This document shows, piece by piece, positions 38,100 through 48,935 of a stretch of DNA of 64,000 nucleotides (positions within the stretch are counted from its first letter, which is position 1; every line of letters begins with the position of its first letter). The position numbers were made by a program, and so were the translations under genes. The stretch comes from an uncultured delta proteobacterium (GTDB lineage Bacteria > Desulfobacterota > RBG-13-43-22). The stretch spans positions 1 through 64,000 of the forward strand of contig CAWJJC010000006.1 in NCBI GenBank assembly GCA_963843145.1, given 5' to 3'. The notes beneath the pieces are model-generated. The model saw only the letters and a list, made by a program, of their open reading frames with translations, was not told where the DNA came from and ran no database searches.

Positions 38100-39832
38100 T
38101 TAGGCCTTTTTGACGGCGCACAAAAGGGATTTGATTTCAGGATACCCCATGATAGGCTCCCGGCATTTCGTATCGGTGAGACGGTTGGCATTGGCCTCAC
38201 CAGGCCATCCATATTGAGCCATTTCCTCGCTGTAAAGCTCGATTTTGCGAGTAGGCGTGGAGAAGGTCTTGTCCACGATTTCATACTTTTTTTTCCGAAA
38301 AAGGCCCTCTCCGGTTTCTCGTGTAAAAGGGTGTCGAAGGTCAGGCCGGTGGGGCGCAATTCAAAAGCCACGAATTCTTCCTCCGATTTCCAGGGAAAGA
38401 ATTCTTCCAGGCCAAGCCTTTTGGCCAGTTCCGTATAGAAGCGCCATTCCGACCAACTCTCACCCAGGGGCTCTATGGCCTTCTTTCGTAACATGAGATA
38501 AGGCAAACCGTGGCAGACATTATAGGAATAGCCCAGTCCCCATTTCTCCAGGTGCGAGCAGGCCGGCAGCACGTAATGGGCCAGTTCGGCGGTCTCGGTC
38601 ATGAAAAGGTCATGGACAAAGAGCATCTCCAGCTTCTGAAATGATTCCCGAAAGGCATTGGAGTCGGCCATGGATATGACCGGGTTGCCGCCGACCGCCA
38701 GAAAGGCCTTTAGTCTCTCAGGAATGCTCTCGGGCACGCAGGTGACCACGCCATAGGGGCTTTTCCTTCCGAGAAGGATGGTAAACAAGGGGTATTGTTC
38801 CCCGCCCAACGGTTCCCCTTCAACACCCAGTCCGGCATTTCCGAGCCGCAACCCCGGTCCTATGAACCAGCCGCCGGGATTGTTGATATTACCGGTGATG
38901 GCTTGCAGCACTGAAAAGGCCCGGCTGTTCTGTGTTCCATTGGCTGTTTGATCCTGGGTGCAGGTACCCTGATAGATGCTCGCCCCTTTGGTCGTGGCAA
39001 ACAAACGGGCCAACTTTCGGATGTTATCGGCCGAAACCCAGGTGATCTTTTCACCCCATTCCGGGGTATAGGGCCGGATGTGCGGAACCAGCCGGTCAAA
39101 TCCCACGGTATATTTTTCCACGAAGTCGTGATCGGTGAGATTTTCTTCAATGATCACCTGGATCAAGGCTAAAGCCAGGGCGCCGTCCGTCCCGGGTCTG
39201 ATTTGCCGGTACATCTCGGCCCGGTCGGCTAAGGCGATCCTTTTCGGGTCAATGACCGCCAGTGTAGCCCCTTTTCTAAAACCCTCGTTCATCGCCATCC
39301 TTAAGGGAAAATCCGAGGCGTCCGGATTATGGCCCCAAAGGATATAAAGATTGGAATGCAGTTCTTCGGTGGGATACCTTCCGAAGGTCAGTTGCCTGGT
39401 TCGGATCCTCATCCGGTAACAGATACTTTCAACGGAAAAGAAGTTGGGGGACCCGTAAGCCGCTTTGAACAACTGGGTTAGACCGGCCATCTCCAGGTTT
39501 TCTACCCCGATGGACCCACTGAAGACGCCGAGGGTAGAAGGACCGTGCTTTTCCTTTAAGGAAAGGAGTTTTTCAGAAATCTCGGAGAGGGCCTGATCCC
39601 AGGGGATTTTTTCCCACCCCCGGGTTGTCCGCTTCATGGGATGTTTCAACCTCGCCGAGTCGTATATGTTCTGTAAAGCTACCCGACCCTTGGGGCAGAG
39701 GAGCCCTTTATTGAGCGGATGGGATTTCAGTCCCGCCACCTTGACGGCCATCCCATTCTCCACGGTTACTTTTGTCGCGCAGCTATGATAGCAAAGCGTA
39801 CAGTCCGTCAAAATTGGTTTTGATTCTTCCAT
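38100..39832 (-). pseudogene. Mo/W-bisPGD oxidoreductase (acetylene hydratase-like), with a frameshift and an internal deletion in the C-terminal domain
   Basis: CTLCYHSC...LCPKG, WDQAL, GSPNFFSVESIC, WGHNP, RPGTDGAL. After the A8 run (38287-38294) the homologous frame reads FSTPTRKIELYSEEMAQYG and then jumps straight to WPGEANANRLTD...SLLCAVKKA-stop (38100). Confidence 0.75.
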
Positions 39833-39868
39833 TTCATCCTCAAAGCCGATTCCCTAATTTGATTTAGG

Positions 39869-39960
39869 AAAACCCCGTGCTCTGGCGGGGGACTCGCAGA
39901 GTTTGACAATTCCGGGAAAAGAAGAAAGCCTCCAAACTGTGAACCGCTCAAAGTTTACCC
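39869..39960 (+). mobile_element. Probable orphan end of an IS200-group element (no tnpA)
   Basis: AAAACCCCGTGCTCTGGCGGGGGACTCGCAGAGTTTGACA...GAAAGCCTCC...GTGAACCGCTCAAAG resembles, from memory, the hairpin-containing leader upstream of IS200-type tnpA genes; no transposase ORF follows. Confidence 0.5.
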
Positions 39961-40345
39961 CATCGTTTTTTGTGCGGGGATCGGGTAAATAATTTTTTCT
40001 TATTTTTGAAATTCTGCTAAATCGTCCCCTCGCTACGTTAGCCTTCTGGGTAATTTCCGAAAGGCTGTTCTTAGATGGTGGAGTTTTGAAAACCGCTCTG
40101 ATATTGTGAATAAATTTGTTTGATTTCGAAAAGGGAAATTAACGCGTACCTTTCCGACCGGATTGGATCTCCAATGTAATTCCATAAAGAGAGAACAGGA
40201 GATGACAACAAATTGCTTCCCCTGCTGCAATCTCCATAGGTTTGGTTCTTTTGACTTTTTTGTTGAGCCTCTCGGTTATGTTGATAATTTTCAAGGTTAT
40301 CTGCTCTTCATCAGGGAGTCAATCCCTTTTTTAGTACTTCCGCCC

Positions 40346-40376
40346 TTGACTTAAGTAGCCGATTACGATGTATAAT
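40346..40376 (+). promoter_or_regulatory. Sigma70-like promoter candidate with a long spacer
   Basis: TTGACT-19 bp-TATAAT about 100 bp upstream of the DUF89 gene. Confidence 0.4.
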
Positions 40377-40473
40377 GCCTAACCCCCCTGGCGGAATCAT
40401 TGGAATAGACTTTCGCCGGGGTGACGACTTGTGGCCTTTTTAAGAGCGTTGTCAAACATGAAAAGGTGAAAAT

Positions 40474-41357
40474 TTGTTAATCAAACCGGATTGCATCCCC
40501 TGTATATTAAAGATGTTCACCTCCGCTGTCCGGAAGTTAACCGATGACGAGGAGATTCTTAGAGGACTGACGATTAAGATTCTTCAGATCCCGGCCTTGC
40601 GGGGCCTTGACTGGGATCTCACCAGCGCGGAAATGATTGAAGCAGTGATGGATTTAATCATGAAGACCTTCGATACCCCTGATCCGTTCAGGGCCGTAAA
40701 GGAAGAACAAAATCAAAGGGGGATGGAACTCTATCCCCTTTGAAGCAACTCATTCAGGAATCATCCGATCCCTTTTTTACAGCCGTTCAATTGGCCATCC
40801 AGGGAAACGCCATCGACCTGATGGTCTCCGATCGTTCGATAGAAGTTGAAAAGGTCCTCAGCCAGGAGCTGCAACAGCCGATAGAAGAAAAATCCTTCCT
40901 GGCCTTCCGGGATAAATTAAAGAAAGCCCGCTTATTGGTCTACCTAGGAGAGAATTCCGGTGAAATCGTCTTCGATAAGTTGTTGCTGAAAACGATTCGA
41001 GAAGCCTACCAGCCGAAGGTGGTCTTTGTGGTCCGAAGCGTGCCCGCGCTGAATGACGCCACTCGGAGCGAGGCCGAAATGGTGGGCCTGGATCGGGTGG
41101 CAACCATTAGGCCCAATGGGCTTCAGGCCCCGGTCCCGGGCACCGTTCTAGCTCGATGTTCCGAGGAGTTGAGGGAAATGATCCGGGAGGCCGATCTGAT
41201 CATTTCCAAGGGCGGTGGAAATTTCGACACCTTGGAAGGGGAAAAGGATTTGGGCGCGGATATCTCCTTCCTGCTGCTGTCCAAATGCATCCCCTATGGC
41301 CACTATTTTCAAACCGGAATGTTCCAACCGATCCTAGCCAATTTTTTCACCTCCTGA
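40474..41357 (+). pseudogene. Damage-control phosphatase (DUF89/ARMT1-like), split by a one-base frameshift near 40740
   Basis: PDCIPC, DPFRAVKEEQN, then AIQGNAID, ENSGEIVFD, PALNDAT, IISKGGGNFDTL, LLSKC. Adding one T in CCCCTTTGAAG restores one frame. Confidence 0.8.
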
Positions 41358-41460
41358 TTCGAAAACTTCCGAAGGACGGCCCCACAGGTTTTTCCGCTTG
41401 AACCCTTCTTGAAATGACACCTCCGCCGGGGACTCCTCTTGCCGGAACAGCGGACCAGTT

Positions 41461-41628
41461 TGCCCTCCCCTCGGGCTTTTATATGAAAGCCGTATCGCAG
41501 TTAGAACGAAACCGATTCACTCCACGGCTCGATCGTCTCCAAAACCAATAACTTCATCCCTGGCTTCCGGACCAATTGGATCAGATGGTCAAGAATCCCA
41601 GCTCGCCGAGACCCCAAAACCGGACTCC
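41461..41628 (-). pseudogene. Degraded C-terminal fragment of a GNAT acetyltransferase
   Basis: Hand translation: RFWGLG (RxxGxG), a frameshift, then ILDHLIQLVRKPGMKLLVLETIEPWSESVSF*LRYGF, with the stop at the conserved FY position. Confidence 0.5.
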
Positions 41629-41744
41629 ACCTACAAGTCCTCAACATTAGTATGTGCTTGAATTAACAATTACCATTAGATATCTTTTTAAAGATTTAGC
41701 TATTCTGAACCTACCTTAAAATGTTAATTTAACCCGAGAGTCAT

Positions 41745-44177
41745 TTATTGACTTTTAAATTCCAATACGAACCGGGTCCCCTTTCCCCGTTCAATCTTAA
41801 TGGTTCCATCGAGTTGTTTGGTCAGCATACCAACCAATCGAAGCCCAAACCCGCTGGAATGTTCGATATCCACGGTCCCTGGAATACCGTTCCCGTTGTC
41901 CTCGATAACCAACGTTACCCGTTGGTCTTGGATCGTGGCCGCTATGGTAATCAATCCCTCGTCCTGGCCAATGAAGGCATATTCCATGGCGTTCGTCAGG
42001 AGTTCGTTGACGATCATCCCCAAGAGAGACAATAGGTTAACACCGAGCACGAAATCATCGATCCGTGATTCGATTCTAATCGAAGATTGCTTGGGGGACA
42101 GGCCGATGATCTCCTCGACCAGGGGCGGGAGGTAGTCCTTGATCGACATCTCTCGTAAGTTCTCGGTGCGGTACAATCTGTCGTATAACACCTCCATGCT
42201 CTTCAAACGGCCCTTGGCGTCCTCTAATGCGACGGCGGCTTTCGGGTCTTCCAACGTACTTGGTTGCAGTGGGAGCAACCTCACCATGGTATTCAGGTTG
42301 TTTTTAATGCGGTGGCGGACCTCTTGAAAAAGGATTTCTTTTTCTTTCAGGAGCTGATTGATTTTCTCCTCGGCTTGTTTGCGTTCGGTGATGTCCTGGT
42401 GTGTCCCAAACATCATTAAAGGTTTCCCATCTTCAGTCCAAGCAGTCACTTGGCCCCGATCCAGGAACCAGACCCAGTGCCCGTCCTTATGCTTCATCCG
42501 GGCTTCAAACTCATAATAGTCAATCTCGCCCCGAAAATGCTTTTCCAACAACTCGCCACTAGCCTTCAGATCGTCCGGATGGGTGAATTTCATCCAGGTT
42601 TCAATCGATACCGGCGAGATCTCCTCCAGGGTGTAGCCAATGATTTCGGCCCAACGATGATTGAAGACGGTTTCCCCAGTTTGGACATTCCACTCCCAGG
42701 TCCCGACGTTGGTTCCCGTGATGATGCCGGCCAAGCGTAGGCGCTCTTCCCGCAGCGCCTCCTCGCCCCGCTTCCGTTCGGTGATGTCTTCGATAGCAGC
42801 CACCATTCCATATCCCTGTCCGTTCGGACCTAAGATCGGCGCCGCATTGATTGAGAGTAATACCTGTCGTCCGTCAGACCATTCAATGGCATGTTCCACC
42901 TCAAAAACCGGTCGCCCAGCGGCCATCACCCGTCGGAAAGGCAGATTCTCGTCGGGGAAAGACCTGCCATCAAAATGAGTGATATGCCGGTCAGGAGCAT
43001 CATAATTAAGTTGTGTGATTTGTTTCTTCGGCAATCCCAATATCGATTCCGCCCTTGGGTTGGCAAAGGTGATTTTTCCTTCCCGATCCAAAACCACAAT
43101 TCCCACCGGGCTGGTGTTGGCAATGGAGTTTAAGAGGCTGTGATCCCGGCGCAACGATTCCTGGGCCTCTTTGAGTTCCGCGGTATGGATTTCAACCCGC
43201 TCTTTTAAATAATTACCGAAGAAACCGGACAGGATATTCTCAATGTGTAGGTTGGACTCTCCTTTTCGATAAACCGAAACCACTGAGGCCAGGAAATAGA
43301 CGGCTCCAACGTATTGAGAAGATCTTCCTAACCAAGCTATAGGGGAACCGACCGCTTTTTGAAACCAGACGCCGAGAAGACCGATCCCCATCAAACTCAA
43401 GGCGATGGAATAAATTAAAATGAATAATTGACGGCTTCGTGTATAAAGTAAGATGAACAGGATGACCGTTATTTCATAGAACAGTATAGCCCCACCCAGA
43501 ACCCATTGTCTTATGAGTGTCGACCCTACTCGCGGGGTGAAAAATGTGGGTACCATATCCGCACTTGCCCCCCAAAAGAGAAAAATCAAACCGGCGGCAA
43601 TAATGGAATATACCGCAATAAGCTTTATCCTCCTGTTGCTGACGGTCAAACGCTGTTCCGTGAAAGAAAACGATAATATGGCGCAAATAAAATGAAACAG
43701 GCCACCAAGGAGGCTCCCTGTATTGTGAAGGATAACAGTGATATTCGGGTTATAGTCGATGGCTATGCCGCTTAGAAAACTACCCAACCCGTAAGAGATC
43801 ATACCGGAGCCTAATAAGAGAAAGGTCAGCACGCCTGTCTTTAAAAACATTATCGATACAAATACGGCTATGAGATAAGGAATGATGATAAGAAAGATTA
43901 GATTAAGGATAGGCAACAGCCAAACCGGTTCATATGCCTTATCCGGAAAAATTACCGAGGATAGGATGATCAGGACGCAAAAAATGAAAACAGGTGAAAC
44001 AAGGAGGCCAATTTTTAAGGGGGAAATTTTATCCTCAGACATTACTGGACTGGGAGGTTCCTGATTATCAGGGATTGGTCGTTCGGTCGCTTCCGATGTC
44101 ATAAAAAGGGGACTTTGTTTCATGACCTTCATTGAATTTTTAAGGGTTTGTAAATCATGATACATGGACGGGTTCAC
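41745..44177 (-). CDS. Membrane-bound sensor histidine kinase (multi-TM N-terminus, two PAS/PAC, HisKA_2-type)
   Basis: About 8 hydrophobic segments, two DITERK PAC ends, EVRHRIKNNL, NELLTNA, DNGNG, GFGLRLV. Start codon uncertain. Confidence 0.88.
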   Translation of the reverse strand: MNPSMYHDLQTLKNSMKVMKQSPLFMTSEATERPIPDNQEPPSPVMSEDKISPLKIGLLVSPVFIFCVLIILSSVIFPDKAYEPVWLLPILNLIFLIIIPYLIAVFVSIMFLKTGVLTFLLLGSGMISYGLGSFLSGIAIDYNPNITVILHNTGSLLGGLFHFICAILSFSFTEQRLTVSNRRIKLIAVYSIIAAGLIFLFWGASADMVPTFFTPRVGSTLIRQWVLGGAILFYEITVILFILLYTRSRQLFILIYSIALSLMGIGLLGVWFQKAVGSPIAWLGRSSQYVGAVYFLASVVSVYRKGESNLHIENILSGFFGNYLKERVEIHTAELKEAQESLRRDHSLLNSIANTSPVGIVVLDREGKITFANPRAESILGLPKKQITQLNYDAPDRHITHFDGRSFPDENLPFRRVMAAGRPVFEVEHAIEWSDGRQVLLSINAAPILGPNGQGYGMVAAIEDITERKRGEEALREERLRLAGIITGTNVGTWEWNVQTGETVFNHRWAEIIGYTLEEISPVSIETWMKFTHPDDLKASGELLEKHFRGEIDYYEFEARMKHKDGHWVWFLDRGQVTAWTEDGKPLMMFGTHQDITERKQAEEKINQLLKEKEILFQEVRHRIKNNLNTMVRLLPLQPSTLEDPKAAVALEDAKGRLKSMEVLYDRLYRTENLREMSIKDYLPPLVEEIIGLSPKQSSIRIESRIDDFVLGVNLLSLLGMIVNELLTNAMEYAFIGQDEGLITIAATIQDQRVTLVIEDNGNGIPGTVDIEHSSGFGLRLVGMLTKQLDGTIKIERGKGTRFVLEFKSQ

Positions 44178-44658
44178 TGATTTTGTTTAAATCGCACTAT
44201 TTATATCAATGACCCTATGTTCCCAAGATAAGGAAACAAAGATATAAAATATAAATGAACACCTGCAAACATCGGTCCAATTGAAGAGATCAATGATGGT
44301 TATCTCTTCATGAGGATTTACCGCTGGGGAATCTCGCAGAAACCTTTAAATTTGTAATTATATCGTAGACAATTAAGCGGAAAAGTAAATTGAAAAACAA
44401 CGGTTAGCGTTTGGAATATCGTCTCTTTTTAAAAATAGAAGTTTAGGACTACAGGAAGAACTTGCCGATATCACTAGAAAAATTACTCATGACCCACGAT
44501 TTTTCTCTTCCACCTACTAATGTTTACTTTGAGATATCTCCAAAATCAGGGATCACGGTTAAGGTTCTGACGTTGAAGGGCCCTTTGATCCCCAACGGCG
44601 TCCAGGGGGATGTCAGCCTGGTCTGGGAACGGATGCCTGAAGCACAACCAGATGTAGG

Positions 44659-44980
44659 GATTGGAGCTTTAGTTTCCTCCTCGGGACCCCCAACAACAAG
44701 GGCTTTGAGATCGGTGAAGCCTGTTACCCGGTGAGTTGGCAGGCCCGGTGGATCAAAACGGCTGACCGCCTGGCGGCCAGGGCGGAAGAAGCCTTGGCCG
44801 CCGGCCATAAGATCAGCGCCTGCAGGCAATTGCAGCGGACTTTCTAACTACCGCGCCGGTATTATCTCGATGCTCCCTGATGACGCCCGCGTCAAGAAAA
44901 TGGCTCAGCGCGGGCGCAGTTTGCTCCAAAAGGCCGGGGCGCTGATGGATCCGCCCCCGGAATATTTCGAGGCTCCTTCC
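44659..44980 (+). pseudogene. Remnant of the N-terminal part of an alpha/beta hydrolase (FrsA / dihydroxypseudooxynicotine hydrolase-like)
   Basis: Hand translation: FLLGTPNNKGFEIGEAC...SWQARWIKTADRLAARAEEALAAGHKISA, a frameshift, then NYRAGIISMLPDDAR...AGALMDPPPEYFEAP. No catalytic domain follows. Confidence 0.55.
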
Positions 44981-45033
44981 TCTTCGACTGGCTGGATGAG
45001 GGTTTTAAGTAAAACGACCCCGACTGGTTCCTT

Positions 45034-46314
45034 TTATTCCTCCAGCATGGCCGTCGCCCCTACTTTGGTCCGTAGGGCCGTCCATTCGGCCTGGGTGATG
45101 GCGGCGTCTTCGCCTTTCATTTTATTGATGATTTCGTAATAGTCGAGTTGATGTTTATCCTTTTTGACTTCGGCCGCCGGCTTGCACTTGATCGCATAAA
45201 CCGTCTGGATGGACTGATGGTCCCAGGGACGCCAGTATTGCTCGTCCTTTAAGCCGATATATTTGTGGTCCTCCAGGGTTTTGATCACCGTCGCGGTATC
45301 AAAACTCTTCGCCCTTTCCACCGCTTCTTTATACTGGTACATGATGATGTAAGCGGAAGCGCCCGAAGTGGAAGGATAACGCTTGAATTTTTCCTCAAAC
45401 TTTTTTACAAAGGCCACCCCCTTGGGGAAGTTTTCCTGAATCGGGATCTTCCAATACCAAGGGGTGGCGCTGATTACTCCCTCCATGGCCTCTGGCCCCG
45501 CCCCTTCTGCCATGTCGATCGTCATGTTCGGCACAACCAACTGAACCTTTTTCTTCAGTCCCAGGTCGAAGGCCTGTTTGACACAAATTTCCATATCCTT
45601 CCCAAATAACACCAGGATGAGCACATCCGGATTGGCCTCCTTGGCCAGGTTCAAGACGTTGGTGAAATCGCTGGTCCCTAGCTTCGTCAGAATGCCTTTG
45701 TGCTGGTCCTTATCCGTGGTACCGGTATACTGCCGGAAAACCTCCTCGGTGGTCCACCCCCAGGTATAATCGGCGGTTATGTAGAAGAACTTCTTCCCTC
45801 CGAAATTCTTTTTCAGATAGGCCGAAGTTACCTTAGCGGCCATCCGAGAATCGTAACATTCCCGGAATATGTATTTGTGGCCCTCTTCCCCCGTAGTTTC
45901 AGTGGAATAGGTCAAGGTGCCGAAGAAGATTTTCTTTTTGTCTTTAGCAACTTTTCCCGAGGCAATGGCTACAGCGCTGGAGGAGCCCCCAAATATCATT
46001 TGGGCGCCGTCCTTATCAAAAAGTTCCACAGCGTTCACTTTGGCCACCTTAGCATTGCTTTTGCTATCCCGGTAGGCCAGTTTAACTTTTTTCCCTAAAA
46101 TACCTCCGGCCGCGTTGATTTCTTCCAGGGCCATATCCGCCGCCCGGCGCTGGTCCAGTCCCTGTTTGGCGTAGGGGCCGGTTTCGGGATAATTCAGACC
46201 AATGACTATGCCGTCATCGGCCGCTGCACTGGATGAGACCGGGTTCAAAACCAGACCCATAAGGCCGAAGAAAAGCATGACCACAAAAATACTCAGGGTT
46301 TGTTTTTTTTTCAT
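45034..46314 (-). CDS. LIV-type periplasmic binding protein without an adjacent permease
   Basis: Signal peptide, IGLNYPETG, EEINAAGGILG, GGSSS, ADYTWG. ATG at 46314 follows AAGGAGGG. Confidence 0.88.
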   Translation of the reverse strand: MKKKQTLSIFVVMLFFGLMGLVLNPVSSSAAADDGIVIGLNYPETGPYAKQGLDQRRAADMALEEINAAGGILGKKVKLAYRDSKSNAKVAKVNAVELFDKDGAQMIFGGSSSAVAIASGKVAKDKKKIFFGTLTYSTETTGEEGHKYIFRECYDSRMAAKVTSAYLKKNFGGKKFFYITADYTWGWTTEEVFRQYTGTTDKDQHKGILTKLGTSDFTNVLNLAKEANPDVLILVLFGKDMEICVKQAFDLGLKKKVQLVVPNMTIDMAEGAGPEAMEGVISATPWYWKIPIQENFPKGVAFVKKFEEKFKRYPSTSGASAYIIMYQYKEAVERAKSFDTATVIKTLEDHKYIGLKDEQYWRPWDHQSIQTVYAIKCKPAAEVKKDKHQLDYYEIINKMKGEDAAITQAEWTALRTKVGATAMLEE

Positions 46315-46383
46315 GGTTCCCTCCTTGGAATTGATTGGGGCTGCCAATCGATTTTTGGTTGGTCCTGATTTCTGGCTTTGGGC

Positions 46384-48849
46384 TTAGACTTTAAGCAGGT
46401 CCTCTTCCTCAAAAGGGATAACCTGTGAGGGGTTGACCTCGAAAGAGCCGGATTTGTTTTTCTTTTTCTCGGTCCGGCCGGCCGCGTTTTTACTGCCTGG
46501 ATGAACTTTCGCGATCAGCAAAGGTTTCCTATCCGCAGCGGGGATAGCTTTCAGGTTGGCCGCCGATCCTTGGCCGTTTTTTTTGCCGACCAGGACAAAA
46601 AGATCGTTCACGAACTCTTTCATTGTTTTCGCTTGGGAATTCATTTCCTCGGCCGCTTCGGCGGACTGTTGGGCACTGAGGGCATTTTTCTGAACCACAC
46701 GGTCCATTTCCGCTACCGCCTTATTGATCTGCTCGATACCCTGAGTCTGTTCGGAAGAGGCCTGGGCGATATCGTTCACCCCATTGCTCACCTGTTGGGC
46801 CTTCTGGGCTACTCGTCCAAAGTCTTCATTGGTTTGATGGACGATTTCCGAACCGTTCTTTATCTTGAGGACGGTTTCTTCGATCAGACCGGCCGTGCTT
46901 TTGGCGGCCTCTGCCGCCCTGAGGGCCAGGTTGCGGACCTCATTGGCCACCACGGCGAACCCGGCCCCCGCCTCCCCGGCCCGGGCCGCCTCGACGGCGG
47001 CGTTCAGAGCCAGCAGATTGGTTTGAAAAGCAATGTCATCGATCGTTTTAATGATCTTTCCCGTCTCCTGGTTGGCTAGCGTGATTTCGTTCATTGACCG
47101 GGTCAGCTCATTCATGGAGACATTGGCTTCCTCCACGACTTTGGCGGTTTCCTTCATCAGGCTGTTGGCTTGATGAGCCGACCCGGCATTCTGTTTGGTC
47201 ATCGAGGCCATTTCTTCCATAGAGGAAGAGGTTTCTTCAATTCCCGCCGCCTGGGCGGAGGCGCCTACGGCCAACGATCGGCTCTCCGATAAGACCTGCG
47301 CCGAGGCCGAGGCCATCCGTTCCGCACCCTCGGTAAGCCCCTCGATGACCCTGGTGATCGGCCGGGTGATGGAGCGGCTGATGCCCAGGCTCATCAGCAC
47401 GGCCACGGCGCCGATCAGCACTCCGATGACGATGACCATGGTCAGGTTTCTCTGAGCCGCCCGGTTCAGGGCCAGGACCACATTTTCTTGGTTCACCCCG
47501 GCCAGTGAAACTTCCTTCTTACTTTCTTCGATCTGTTTGGCCACAATCCCACGCACCTGGCCGTTCAGCTTCTCGAGTTCTTCCGTGCTCTGAATGGCGG
47601 CCTTTACTTTTTCGGCAACCCCTTCCGAACCTACAAAAGAGGCCTTGACGCCGGACAAGGTGTTGTTATAGGCCGCAACTATTTTTAACTCGTTGGGGTG
47701 ATTTCCTTTCTTGAGCAGCGCGCTCAGTTTCTGCCCGGAATTATTGGCTTCCTGGAACAAGTTGGAAACAGTGGCTACCTGCTGACTGAAATCATTCATG
47801 TCTTTGGCGTGCAGGCAACTGTTGAGATAGGTCACCAGGGAGGCGCTCAATAGGGACAATCCCGAGGACAAGGATAAAACCTGGTTGGTATTTCCCAACG
47901 AGTCGAGGTTTCTGGACATCTCGTCGGTATTGCTCTTCAGTTGGGCGTTGCCATTATTGATTTCTTTTTCAACGGCCGGCAACAAATAGGATATCTCGTA
48001 ACCTATTTCCTTGGCCAGACCCTCGATTTTCTCTTTCTGCTTATCGTCCTCGTCACTGATATTCCTGAGCTGCAATGAGGCCAGTCCTTTGTTCCCGGCT
48101 ATCTTTTCATTAAAGGCGGCTATTTTCCGGGAAATCTCGTTAACCCGCTGATCCATTCCCTTGACGCTTTTTACTGCCTGGACGGCGTTCTTAATGATTC
48201 CGGTCGCATTATCCCTCATGACGGCCACGGAGCGCTTATCCGCGGTTGCCGGAATTTTGGCAATGAGTAGGTTCAGATCTTTCAGACTATCCCTAACGAC
48301 GAGAAAACTATTGAGCTGTTGGTTCGAGGCCAGCAAATTGTCCACCCCTTTAACCACGGTGCTGGAACTGCTCTTCTGCAAGCCTCGCAGGAGGTTGTCC
48401 AATTGATTCAAGGCCTCCTTGAGCTTCTCTTGAATGGGCTTGGAGTCCGCGAAGGCTTTTCCCCAGGCATTCAGCTTCCGTTCGGTATTATTCTGAATAT
48501 CCTTGGTAATATTGGAAATGGTTTTGTCCTCACTGCCGGAAACGGCCTTAATCTTGTCGAGTTCGGCGGTAGTCTTGTTGAGCTGGGCCAGGGATTCCGA
48601 AGCGCTCGTCACCGAAGTTTTATACTCCTCCAGGGTCTTGGTGGACGAAAGATGAACCAGATTGGTGGTATGGGCCTGAAGCGCCCGTTGTTGATTCAGG
48701 GCCCTTAATTGGTAAGGTGTTGTTTTTTGGGTCAGTTCCTGAATGTTCTGGTTGACTATCCTGGCGCTGATGAGGGCTGAAATGATGATAATGGCTATGG
48801 CGACCAAGACTACGGCGGCATTTAAGGAAAGTTTCGTTTTAATTCTCAT
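46384..48849 (-). CDS. Methyl-accepting chemotaxis protein with a large periplasmic domain
   Basis: Two TM segments about 450 aa apart; [37 protein letters not shown]; C-terminal VIPFEEED tail. Confidence 0.95.
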   Translation of the reverse strand: MRIKTKLSLNAAVVLVAIAIIIISALISARIVNQNIQELTQKTTPYQLRALNQQRALQAHTTNLVHLSSTKTLEEYKTSVTSASESLAQLNKTTAELDKIKAVSGSEDKTISNITKDIQNNTERKLNAWGKAFADSKPIQEKLKEALNQLDNLLRGLQKSSSSTVVKGVDNLLASNQQLNSFLVVRDSLKDLNLLIAKIPATADKRSVAVMRDNATGIIKNAVQAVKSVKGMDQRVNEISRKIAAFNEKIAGNKGLASLQLRNISDEDDKQKEKIEGLAKEIGYEISYLLPAVEKEINNGNAQLKSNTDEMSRNLDSLGNTNQVLSLSSGLSLLSASLVTYLNSCLHAKDMNDFSQQVATVSNLFQEANNSGQKLSALLKKGNHPNELKIVAAYNNTLSGVKASFVGSEGVAEKVKAAIQSTEELEKLNGQVRGIVAKQIEESKKEVSLAGVNQENVVLALNRAAQRNLTMVIVIGVLIGAVAVLMSLGISRSITRPITRVIEGLTEGAERMASASAQVLSESRSLAVGASAQAAGIEETSSSMEEMASMTKQNAGSAHQANSLMKETAKVVEEANVSMNELTRSMNEITLANQETGKIIKTIDDIAFQTNLLALNAAVEAARAGEAGAGFAVVANEVRNLALRAAEAAKSTAGLIEETVLKIKNGSEIVHQTNEDFGRVAQKAQQVSNGVNDIAQASSEQTQGIEQINKAVAEMDRVVQKNALSAQQSAEAAEEMNSQAKTMKEFVNDLFVLVGKKNGQGSAANLKAIPAADRKPLLIAKVHPGSKNAAGRTEKKKNKSGSFEVNPSQVIPFEEEDLLKV

Positions 48850-48935
48850 GACGCGCTCCCTTCTTCAAGCCTACCTGATGGGACTAGTTGTCCAACTTAT
48901 CGATTTTTTTTAATTACAACTTTAAAAAAAAATTT

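Noticed and set aside
40738-40745. TGA in the DUF89 gene as a second selenocysteine
   Set aside because: The downstream homology is in a different frame and the position is not a Cys site, so this is a frameshift.
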